32,000 nt of DNA from Erysipelothrix inopinata (GCF_014396165.1 NZ_CP060715.1:600001-632000), one strand, 5' to 3'; counted from the first letter of the stretch, positions 16,567-23,848 are shown. Notes: generated by a model from the letters alone, not told the origin. Numbers and translations are program-made.

Positions 16567-16966
16567 AGAGGAATTAAAAGCATATGGGATTAAATCAACA
16601 AAACAAAGAGAAGCAATTCTTGAAATTTTAAAGTCGAGTCATCTTCCTTTAACTATCAATCAAATTCGTGATCGCCTCGATATCGAAATGGACTTATCAA
16701 CAATATATCGTGTCCTTGATGTTTTTGAAGCTAAAGGAATTATTACAAAAACGGTGCCACTTGAACCCGCACAATCAGTATATGACTATCAGCGTCACAT
16801 TCATAAACATCATTTAATTTGTACACAGTGTGGAAAAATTCTTGTTATTGAAGGATGTCCTCTCCATGACTATGAAGAAAAGGTTGCGAAAAATACAAAC
16901 TATATAATTCAACGTCATCAGTTAGAAATATATGGAATTTGCCCCGAATGTCAAAGTAAACTATAA
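16556..16966 (+). CDS. Fur-family metalloregulator (Fur/Zur/PerR class not resolved)
   Basis: KSTKQREAILEIL winged helix, HIHKHHLICTQCGK, and a second CxxC (CPEC). It overlaps the yigZ stop by 11 nt. Confidence 0.85.
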   Translation: MEIKEELKAYGIKSTKQREAILEILKSSHLPLTINQIRDRLDIEMDLSTIYRVLDVFEAKGIITKTVPLEPAQSVYDYQRHIHKHHLICTQCGKILVIEGCPLHDYEEKVAKNTNYIIQRHQLEIYGICPECQSKL

Positions 16967-16967
16967 A

Positions 16968-16992
16968 ATAGAGAGATTCTCTATTTTTTTTT
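16968..16992 (+). terminator. Rho-independent terminator after the fur-family gene
   Basis: ATAGAGA-gat-TCTCTAT followed by 8 T. Confidence 0.75.
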
Positions 16993-17009
16993 GAGCATTC
17001 GACATGAAC

Positions 17010-17040
17010 CTATTAACATAGTGTGTTACCATGTTAATAG
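17010..17040. promoter_or_regulatory. 10-bp perfect inverted repeat spanning the putative -35 and -10 of the VOC-CDF unit (candidate operator)
   Basis: CTATTAACAT, 11 nt, ATGTTAATAG. TTAACA (-35-like) and TAATAG (-10-like), 16 nt apart, sit one in each arm. The SD GAGGAA and ATG at 17056 follow. Confidence 0.5.
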
Positions 17041-17055
17041 AAATGAGGAAATACT

Positions 17056-17895
17056 ATGAAACTTAATGATAATACACGAATTAAAAAAGTAGTTCTTAAA
17101 GTAAGCAATCTAAAAACAATGGTAGACTTTTATTCTAACGTCATGGGACTTGAAGTTTATAATGAAACAGAAAATCATGCCTCACTGGGTGTGGATGAGA
17201 ATGTGATTCTAGAACTAGAGTATGATACGAAGTATGAAGTATCATCAACTCCAAAAACAGGCTTATATCACATTGCATTCTTAGTTCCTGATGAAAAATA
17301 TCTGGGCCAATTTATTTATCATCTTCATGATAAAAATTATCCACTACAAGGGGCGGGTGATCATATATTTAGTCAGGCGTTATACTTTTCAGATCCTGAG
17401 GGGAACGGAATTGAGTTCTATGCTGATAGACCTAAATCAGAATGGGTGATTCATGAAGATGGATCTATCGAATCTGGAACCTATGAAGTTGATGTTCAAC
17501 ATCTTTTTGAAGTCATGGTAAGAGAACCTTACACAAAGATGCCAAGTGGTTCACGGATTGGACATGTGCATCTTCAAGTTAATGATATCGAAGCAGCACG
17601 ACAATTTTATATCAATACACTTGGATATGATCTAAAGACAGAAATGTTCTCAGCATTATTTATTTCGAAAAATGGATATCATCACGACTTTGGTATCAAT
17701 GCTTGGGCGGGAAATAAAATTCGTCAATTAAACGATACAGATACAGGGCTAAAAACCGTTGTAATTGAAACGACACAAGTACAAGAACTTGTCGAAACAT
17801 TTTCCAACCAAAGTGATTATCAAACCTTAGTTAATGAGAACTCTATCAAAATTACTGATAAAGCGGGAATTGAATTAGAGTTTACTATGCTATAA
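17056..17895 (+). CDS. Two-module VOC-family protein, CatE/YfiE-like extradiol dioxygenase or glyoxalase family
   Basis: TGLYHIAFLVP, GDHIFSQALYFSDPEGNGIEFYADRP, IGHVHLQVNDIEAARQFY and GYHHDFGINAWAG parallel B. subtilis CatE (recalled from memory). Confidence 0.75.
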   Translation: MKLNDNTRIKKVVLKVSNLKTMVDFYSNVMGLEVYNETENHASLGVDENVILELEYDTKYEVSSTPKTGLYHIAFLVPDEKYLGQFIYHLHDKNYPLQGAGDHIFSQALYFSDPEGNGIEFYADRPKSEWVIHEDGSIESGTYEVDVQHLFEVMVREPYTKMPSGSRIGHVHLQVNDIEAARQFYINTLGYDLKTEMFSALFISKNGYHHDFGINAWAGNKIRQLNDTDTGLKTVVIETTQVQELVETFSNQSDYQTLVNENSIKITDKAGIELEFTML

Positions 17896-17896
17896 T
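17870..17896 (+). promoter_or_regulatory. Possible internal promoter giving a leaderless CDF mRNA
   Basis: TTGAAT, 15 nt, TATAAT, then aatgac, then ATG at 17903. There is no SD before the CDF start, and the spacer is shorter than optimal. Confidence 0.3.
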
Positions 17897-17902
17897 AATG
17901 AC

Positions 17903-19021
17903 ATGGAAAATACAAATTTAACACAAAGAAATAATGAAGGAATTAAGGCGGGAGTTGTAGGAATATTTGCAAACTTCTCGCTTTTTGCTGCGAAGATGGT
18001 TATTGGTACGTTAGCATCAAGTCACTCTATAGTAGCAGATGCAATTAATAACTTATCCGACTTTTTATCATCGTTGATAACTGTAATTGGATTTAGAATA
18101 GCCGCTAAACCAGCAGATAAAGAACACCCATATGGCCATGAAAGATTCGAATATATTAGTGGTTTTATCATTTCAATTATCATGTTATATTTAGGTCTTG
18201 ATGTGATTCAATCGTCAATTGGTGGAATTCTTTCCCCAACTCCATTAGATACTTCAAAGTGGACTACCATCGTTTTATCATTATCGATTGTTGTGAAACT
18301 TGCTATGAGTTTTTACTACAAAGCTAAAGCCAATAAAATTCAATCTGAAGTATTACTCGCTAACCAAAAAGATAGTTTAAATGACGTAATTATTACCAGT
18401 TCAATTTTACTGGGAATCTTTGTCGATAATCATTTTGGTATCCGATTAGACTCTTATATAGGAGTGGGATTATCCATCTTTATTATGTATTCAGCACTCA
18501 TGATGATTCGTGATTTTATTAATGATCTCATGGGAACGCGTCCTGATGAAGAGACATTGAACATAGTGGAAGAAGAGCTTAAAGCTTGCCCTGAAATCTT
18601 GGGATACCATGACCTTCTAATTCATAATTATGGAAAATATCATACCTTTGGAAGTGTTCATGTCGAAATTGATGATCGACTCGAGCTTGTTAAGGCACAT
18701 GATATCGTTGATTCTATCGAACGTTCAATCAATGAAAAAACTAAAATCGATTTTCTAATTCATCTCGATCCACTCGATATGACAGATCCGGAAATTAAAG
18801 AAATCCAAAAAATTATCAAACACATTCTAGTTGAAAACTACGAGGGTCTTAAATTTCATGATTTACGTTTGATTCATGGTCGATTGATGTTTGATATTGT
18901 TCATGACGAAATTGCGAAATTCGATGAGGAAGAAATAATTAAAAATATTGAAGACGCATTAGCAGTTGCGGGGTATACTTATAAATTAGAGGTTCGATTC
19001 GATCTAAATCAGTTGATTTAG
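17903..19021 (+). CDS. Cation diffusion facilitator family exporter, possibly Mn(II)-type
   Basis: Six TM segments plus a C-terminal cytoplasmic domain, with HPYGHERFE after TM2. By-eye alignment to YiiP puts NNLSD (NxxxD) in TM2 and DSLND (DxxxD) in TM5. Confidence 0.88.
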   Translation: MENTNLTQRNNEGIKAGVVGIFANFSLFAAKMVIGTLASSHSIVADAINNLSDFLSSLITVIGFRIAAKPADKEHPYGHERFEYISGFIISIIMLYLGLDVIQSSIGGILSPTPLDTSKWTTIVLSLSIVVKLAMSFYYKAKANKIQSEVLLANQKDSLNDVIITSSILLGIFVDNHFGIRLDSYIGVGLSIFIMYSALMMIRDFINDLMGTRPDEETLNIVEEELKACPEILGYHDLLIHNYGKYHTFGSVHVEIDDRLELVKAHDIVDSIERSINEKTKIDFLIHLDPLDMTDPEIKEIQKIIKHILVENYEGLKFHDLRLIHGRLMFDIVHDEIAKFDEEEIIKNIEDALAVAGYTYKLEVRFDLNQLI

Positions 19022-19059
19022 ACTATCGAGCCTTTTTTCTGCATTTCGACGTATATTTA

Positions 19060-19088
19060 TTGACAGAAAATCGAGATAGAGGTACTAT
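19060..19088 (+). promoter_or_regulatory. Sigma-A-type promoter of the pyrFE leader
   Basis: TTGACA, 17 nt, TACTAT. Confidence 0.7.
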
Positions 19089-19111
19089 GGTTGAGGAAAC
19101 ACTTTAATTTT

Positions 19112-19134
19112 GTCCTGTGAGACAGAAAAGGCAC
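19112..19134 (+). promoter_or_regulatory. PyrR-binding-loop-like hairpin (anti-antiterminator candidate)
   Basis: GUCC-UGU-GAG-ACA-GAAAA-GG(C)AC has a lower stem UCC/GGA, a 3' purine bulge, and is preceded by CUUUAAUUUU. It resembles the B. subtilis binding loops (UCC-AG-AGAGG-CU-GAGAA-GGA, recalled). It matches 9 of 14 positions of the ARUCCAGAGAGGYU consensus. Confidence 0.5.
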
Positions 19135-19149
19135 AATATATAAAATATT

Positions 19150-19182
19150 AGACCTTTTTTGTATACAGAAAGGTCTTTTTTT
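19150..19182 (+). terminator. Leader terminator (attenuator) upstream of pyrF
   Basis: AGACCTTT, 11 nt, AAAGGTCT followed by TTTTTT. It lies 35 nt before the pyrF ATG. Confidence 0.7.
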
Positions 19183-19216
19183 CAAGCCTTTCTGATATAG
19201 ATAGCGAGGTAAGAGC

Positions 19217-19906
19217 ATGGATCAAGTAATTATTGCATTAGACTTTTCCACTTTTGATGAGGTGAAAACCTTCTTAAGTAAATTTGATGAGCCTTTATTT
19301 GTTAAGGTCGGAATGGAACTTTTCTACCAAGAAGGAATCCAAATAATTGAATACATTAAGGATTTGAATCATAAGATATTCTTAGATTTAAAACTTCATG
19401 ATATTCCCAATACAGTTGAGCGTGCAATGCGCGGTCTACGTAACATTGGTGTTGATATGACTAATGTACATGCAGCTGGTGGTAGCGAGATGATGAAGGC
19501 TGCACGTCGAGGACTTGGAGAGGATCGTGTGCTCATTGCTGTAACACAACTAACTTCTACCAGTGAAGAGCAAATGCATAAAGAACAGCTTATTAACGCA
19601 TCACTTAATGAGTCTGTTATTAACTATGCGAGAATAACATATAAATCTGGTTTAGATGGTGTAGTTTGTTCCCCACTTGAAGTCGAAGCAATTAAAAAAG
19701 AAATTTCGAATAATGTCTTATGTGTTACTCCTGGAGTAAGACCTACCGGATCCAGTGTCGGTGATCAGAAACGAATCACAACACCAGGCCAAGCACGAAA
19801 AAACGGATCGGACTATATTGTAGTAGGAAGACCAATTACTCAAGCAGAAGATCCAGTGGATGCATATCATAGAATTGTAGAAGAATGGGAGGCAAGTCAT
19901 GTCTAA
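19217..19906 (+). CDS. pyrF: Orotidine 5'-phosphate decarboxylase
   Basis: [30 protein letters not shown]. Confidence 0.93.
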   Translation: MDQVIIALDFSTFDEVKTFLSKFDEPLFVKVGMELFYQEGIQIIEYIKDLNHKIFLDLKLHDIPNTVERAMRGLRNIGVDMTNVHAAGGSEMMKAARRGLGEDRVLIAVTQLTSTSEEQMHKEQLINASLNESVINYARITYKSGLDGVVCSPLEVEAIKKEISNNVLCVTPGVRPTGSSVGDQKRITTPGQARKNGSDYIVVGRPITQAEDPVDAYHRIVEEWEASHV

Positions 19907-20540
19907 AATAGCACATGAAGTAGCAAGTAACTTACTTGAAATTAAAGCAGTAACATTGAGTCCTAAAGATCCATATACATGGGCAAGTGGAATAAAAAGT
20001 CCAATTTACTGTGATAATCGTGTAACAATGAGTTACCCACAAATTAGAAAAGCAATTGCGATTGGACTCAAAAACATTATTGAAGAAAAGTATCCTGAAG
20101 TAGAATATATTGTGGGAACTGCAACAGCTGGAATTCCCCAAGCATGTTGGATTGCGGACTTGATGGAACTCCCAATGATTTACGTGCGTCCAGAAGCTAA
20201 GCAACATGGTCGCGGAAAACAAATTGAAGGATACATCCCAGAAGGCACAAAAGCTGTGGTTATCGAGGATCTAATTTCAACAGGTGGAAGTAGCATTAAA
20301 GCAATTGAAGCTCTCAAAGACAATAAGATTGAATGTCTTGGTGTTGTCGCAATCTTTACATACGAACTCCAACAAGCAACTGAAAATTTTGCAAATGCAA
20401 GTGTCACATTTGATACATTATCAAACTATTCAACACTCTTAGAAGTTGCGCAATCTCTAAACTATATCTCTGAAGATGATTTAGAAAGCCTAAATTTATG
20501 GAAGAAAGATCCAACAGCTTACACAAAACAAAATTCATAA
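19899..20540 (+). CDS. pyrE: Orotate phosphoribosyltransferase
   Basis: [12 protein letters not shown] and the PRPP-binding motif [14 protein letters not shown]. It overlaps pyrF by 8 nt. Confidence 0.93.
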   Translation: MSKIAHEVASNLLEIKAVTLSPKDPYTWASGIKSPIYCDNRVTMSYPQIRKAIAIGLKNIIEEKYPEVEYIVGTATAGIPQACWIADLMELPMIYVRPEAKQHGRGKQIEGYIPEGTKAVVIEDLISTGGSSIKAIEALKDNKIECLGVVAIFTYELQQATENFANASVTFDTLSNYSTLLEVAQSLNYISEDDLESLNLWKKDPTAYTKQNS

Positions 20541-20541
20541 T

Positions 20542-20567
20542 AAAAAAGTGGATGACATCCACTTTTT
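20542..20567. terminator. Bidirectional rho-independent terminator
   Basis: AAAAAAGTGGA-tgaca-TCCACTTTTT lies between pyrE and the convergent orphan gene. Confidence 0.8.
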
Positions 20568-21039
20568 ACTTTGTAAATAACATGTCATATCTTTGAATAT
20601 CATTTAATGACTCATCAACATGAAGCCCTCTAAGTGGGTTTATGGTGTTAAAGATATTTAAGGTCTTTCTCTCTATAGTCCATGCTATTGGCTTGTATGA
20701 TACTAGGAAATCGCCCATAAAAGCGGTATTTTTATCATGAACAGATGAAACCTTAGTTACAAGGTATCCTTCATCAAAGAAATTGAAATCAACAATCCAA
20801 ATATCATATTCGTACTCATTTAATAATGAAACGACATCATCCGAAAGCGTGGCTGCGTCTTCATATAAGATTGCCATGTTTTTCTTAGATTTAATAGAAT
20901 CTTGATTGAAAAAATCAACAGGAACAGTATAATCATTAAGTACCTTTTGAAAACCTTTGAGAACATATAAATAATGACTTGTGTGAGCACAACTGTATTG
21001 ATGATTATTGATCACACGGGTAATTCGATCTTGTAGCAT
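20566..21039 (-). CDS. Hypothetical cytoplasmic protein (157 aa) with an N-terminal His/Cys cluster
   Basis: A GAGGTG SD lies 7 nt before the ATG. There is no signal peptide or TM segment, and no family was recognised. The cluster is HQYSCAHTSH. Confidence 0.65.
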   Translation of the reverse strand: MLQDRITRVINNHQYSCAHTSHYLYVLKGFQKVLNDYTVPVDFFNQDSIKSKKNMAILYEDAATLSDDVVSLLNEYEYDIWIVDFNFFDEGYLVTKVSSVHDKNTAFMGDFLVSYKPIAWTIERKTLNIFNTINPLRGLHVDESLNDIQRYDMLFTK

Positions 21040-21099
21040 AGTAAATTCACCTCTCTATATATTATAAGGAGGTCAAAGATTATATCAAAGCCAGTTGCC

Positions 21100-21128
21100 T
21101 TGCCAAGATAAAGATTTAGGTATATAAT
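21100..21128 (+). promoter_or_regulatory. Promoter of the DtxR-family regulator gene
   Basis: TTGCCA, 17 nt, TATAAT. Confidence 0.55.
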
Positions 21129-21136
21129 ATAAAAGA

Positions 21137-21150
21137 TTAGGTACGCCTAA
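21137..21150. promoter_or_regulatory. DtxR/IdeR-type operator-like palindrome
   Basis: TTAGG-TACG-CCTAA matches 12 of 14 positions of the DtxR core TTAGGTTAGCCTAA. It lies just downstream of the -10 and 17 nt before the regulator's ATG. Confidence 0.6.
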
Positions 21151-21167
21151 TTGATTGGAGTGATAAT

Positions 21168-21812
21168 ATGACACCAAACCGTGAAGACTATTTAAAAGTA
21201 ATATTTCAAACAAATGAAAAAAATCGTAAACTAAGTAACAAGGAACTTGCAGAAAGACTCAGTGTCTCACCCGCATCAGCGAGTGAGATGATAAAAAAAC
21301 TAATTGAATCCAAACATGTTGAAAAGGATCCTAAACTTGGGTTAAAACTAACAGATATTGGGACAAGTGAGGCAAAATCACTTGTTCGTAAACATCGTCT
21401 TTGGGAAGTATTCCTTGTAAACCACCTTGATTACTCGTGGACAGAGGTTCACGATGATGCTGAAGTCTTAGAGCATGTTACTTCTGATCTTCTAGCAGAT
21501 CGACTCAGTCAATTTTTGGGAAATCCAGAGTATTGTCCGCATGGCAGTAAAATTTATGGAAATTACACTGGAGGAAAAGACCTCAGTATTCCACTTCATG
21601 ATCTGAAAGTTGGAGATAAAGGGCAATTCGTAAAAGTTCGCGACACTGAAGAACTTCTAAACTATTTAGAGGGTCTTGATTTCAATCTTGGAGAGTCGTT
21701 TGAAGTCGTACGTATTGATGACTATGAAGGACCCTACCATATCAAGGTAGAAGATAAGATTATTATCATCAGTAATAAAGCGAGCCTGGATATCTTTGTA
21801 AACGAAAAATAA
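21168..21812 (+). CDS. DtxR-family metal-dependent repressor with a C-terminal FeoA/SH3-like domain (MntR/SloR/ScaR-like)
   Basis: MTPNREDYLKVIF, HRLWEVFL, CPHG. The 214-aa length includes the extra C-terminal domain (GDKGQFVKVRD). Confidence 0.85.
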   Translation: MTPNREDYLKVIFQTNEKNRKLSNKELAERLSVSPASASEMIKKLIESKHVEKDPKLGLKLTDIGTSEAKSLVRKHRLWEVFLVNHLDYSWTEVHDDAEVLEHVTSDLLADRLSQFLGNPEYCPHGSKIYGNYTGGKDLSIPLHDLKVGDKGQFVKVRDTEELLNYLEGLDFNLGESFEVVRIDDYEGPYHIKVEDKIIIISNKASLDIFVNEK

Positions 21813-21822
21813 TCAATAAAAG

Positions 21823-21855
21823 CATCAGCCTACATGACAGGGTTGGTGTTTTTTT
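21823..21855 (+). terminator. Rho-independent terminator after the DtxR-family gene
   Basis: CATCAGCC, 10 nt, GGTTGGTG forms 8 bp with 2 G-U pairs, followed by TTTTTTT. Confidence 0.55.
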
Positions 21856-21883
21856 GATATGATTAATTTGGTGATATAAATAT

Positions 21884-22432
21884 ATGGACATTCAAATTTT
21901 AGACCTGATTCAAAACTACGCAAATCCATTTTTTAATCAATTTTTTAGTGTGTTTACACGTCTCAATGATCATGGTGAACTATGGATTGTACTTTTAATG
22001 ATTGTTGGATTTAAAAACAAAAACAAAAAATTAGTGTATTTAGGAATGATTGCAATCGTATTAGAGTTGGTATTAGTGAGTGGCGTTATTAAACCTCTTA
22101 TTCATCGACCGAGACCTTATATGGAATTTCCGTTTGAACTACTAATTAAAGAGCCCAGTGGGTGGTCATTCCCATCAGGTCATGCAGCAAGTTCCTTTGC
22201 TGTAGCAGGAGTACTATTTTTCAAGAAGGTACCGATGCGATGGTTTTACATAGTCTTAGCAGGATTGATGGGGTTTTCCAGACTCTATCTCTATGTTCAT
22301 TATCCAAGTGATGTCCTTGTAGGATCAATATTAGGGTTGTTAATTGGTTATTTCGTAGTTAAAAATCAATACAGAATTATAAATTTAACTTACAAGTTTT
22401 TGGACAAATGTCATTTCACAAAACTTTCATAA
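21884..22432 (+). CDS. PAP2-family phosphatase (BcrC-like undecaprenyl-diphosphatase candidate)
   Basis: Tripartite PAP2 motif: KPLIHRPRP, PSGHAA, SRLYLYVHYPSDV. Multiple TM segments. Confidence 0.85.
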   Translation: MDIQILDLIQNYANPFFNQFFSVFTRLNDHGELWIVLLMIVGFKNKNKKLVYLGMIAIVLELVLVSGVIKPLIHRPRPYMEFPFELLIKEPSGWSFPSGHAASSFAVAGVLFFKKVPMRWFYIVLAGLMGFSRLYLYVHYPSDVLVGSILGLLIGYFVVKNQYRIINLTYKFLDKCHFTKLS

Positions 22433-22559
22433 ATATAAAATTTAAAAATTATTTCTTAAAAATTTATTTTATAACGCTATATGAGGGCACATTATGGTGG
22501 TTCTAAAATAAAGGTTTCAATTCATCTCTGGAAAAGACCTGTTGGTACAATAATAATTC

Positions 22560-22588
22560 TTGCACACTTCTCTTAAAGTAGATATAAT
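22560..22588 (+). promoter_or_regulatory. Promoter of the small secreted-peptide ORF
   Basis: TTGCAC, 17 nt, TATAAT, 32 nt upstream of the GTG start. Confidence 0.65.
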
Positions 22589-22620
22589 AGCCGTTGTGAG
22601 ACTTAAAAGGGGATGTTTGA

Positions 22621-22830
22621 GTGAATAAAAGAATGATGCTTTGTTTCGCATTAGCGATAACAATGATTTCGTTTTATCCGATTGAAGTGTCGGCTGAGGA
22701 AGAAATTCCGATTACGTCGTCGATTTCAAAAAAACCAAAAGAAGATGCAGAATTAAATAAGGAAGTACCATCCCAAGTTGTGAAAGTGGAGTACATTGGT
22801 ATCATTACCTTGTTCTCATGTGATCTTTGA
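22621..22830 (+). CDS. Small (69 aa) protein with a predicted Sec signal peptide
   Basis: The SD AAGGGGA lies 7 nt before GTG. The n-region is MNKR, followed by a hydrophobic core and a VSA/EEE cleavage-like site. It has its own promoter and shares a terminator with the convergent gene. Confidence 0.5.
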   Translation: MNKRMMLCFALAITMISFYPIEVSAEEEIPITSSISKKPKEDAELNKEVPSQVVKVEYIGIITLFSCDL

Positions 22831-22860
22831 TCTACTTCAATAATAAGAAAAAGTAAAAAT

Positions 22861-22908
22861 AAAAAGAGTTACCATCGTGTTTGAATCCAAATCGAGGTAA
22901 CTCTTTTT
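22861..22908. terminator. Long bidirectional hairpin terminator
   Basis: AAAAAGAGTTACC ... GGTAACTCTTTTT forms a 13-bp perfect stem. Additional inner pairing (TCG/CGA, TTTG/CAAA) occurs in the 22-nt loop. Confidence 0.75.
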
Positions 22909-23848
22909 ATTCGAAGTTTAGAAGTGCTTTATAAGTGGGTTCAAAAATTTTGGATGACATCGTATAGTATCGGTAATTATTGTTGTAGTGGCGATACTCC
23001 TGAAGGATAATATCCTCGTTATTTCGATAGTAGGTTAATGTCGTGGTTCCGTCAATTTCTATTACGTGTCCAAAAGTCGTATTTTGATAAATAGGTTCTT
23101 TTCGGTTCGTAACAATAGTTAAAAATGGTTGTTTTAGAAGACTTTGATTCATAAAATCAATAACTTCGTAATCCTTTGAATCTTGGTAGTCAAATACCGC
23201 TTTAAGAGATACAGGTTTTGTGAAGTTTTTTTCAGTGTGACTATCGTAGTCAATATATGAATTAATATAATACGATTTATTATTTTTGGGATACGCTGAT
23301 TTTACGATGTTACTGTCCTTTGATTTTCCAGAAACAATATCTGGAATCTTGGTTGTTTGTGCTAGATAGATACTTGGAGCCACTTGTTCAAATGAAATTC
23401 CAGATCTGTCATCGTTAAAGTGAAGCATAACGCTATCAACATCAGGATCAATAACAACGTAGTAATAAGTTTTATCGATCATGAAGGCAATGTAGTTCAT
23501 CTTTGATTCTTTAATCGATTGAAAGTCATATATATTATTGGTATTTACACGACGTGAAGCAAGTTGAGAAACGATAGGGATATTGGTTGCTTCATTTTTC
23601 CATAAAAAGTAGGAGTTTTTATAAATAACGGGAAGATACTCGTGGTCTTCTATATGGAATATTTTAAGTGAGTAACGATCTTCAAGAGGCGCTTCATAGA
23701 CACAGGTAGGCACTATATCTGTTCTACCACCTACAATTTCGTCAACGATCACATCTTTATCAGTTCGATAACCAAAGAGATATAAGGAGATAGAAAAAAG
23801 AGAACATATAATAAGTACTACCAATGTAATATGATAGGAACGTTTCAT
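22907..23848 (-). CDS. Hypothetical membrane-anchored extracytoplasmic protein (313 aa)
   Basis: A GGAGGTG SD lies 6 nt before the ATG at 23848. There is a single N-terminal TM segment (ITLVVLIICSLFSISLYLFGY). No LPxTG, lipobox or family was recognised. Confidence 0.7.
   Translation of the reverse strand: MKRSYHITLVVLIICSLFSISLYLFGYRTDKDVIVDEIVGGRTDIVPTCVYEAPLEDRYSLKIFHIEDHEYLPVIYKNSYFLWKNEATNIPIVSQLASRRVNTNNIYDFQSIKESKMNYIAFMIDKTYYYVVIDPDVDSVMLHFNDDRSGISFEQVAPSIYLAQTTKIPDIVSGKSKDSNIVKSAYPKNNKSYYINSYIDYDSHTEKNFTKPVSLKAVFDYQDSKDYEVIDFMNQSLLKQPFLTIVTNRKEPIYQNTTFGHVIEIDGTTTLTYYRNNEDIILQEYRHYNNNYRYYTMSSKIFEPTYKALLNFE

Noticed and set aside
22433-22559. AT-rich spacer with recurring TTAAAAATT words, checked for CRISPR-like or tandem repeats and for a riboswitch.
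   Set aside because: It shows only short low-complexity A/T words, with no regular repeat-spacer structure and no conserved RNA motif I can recognise.
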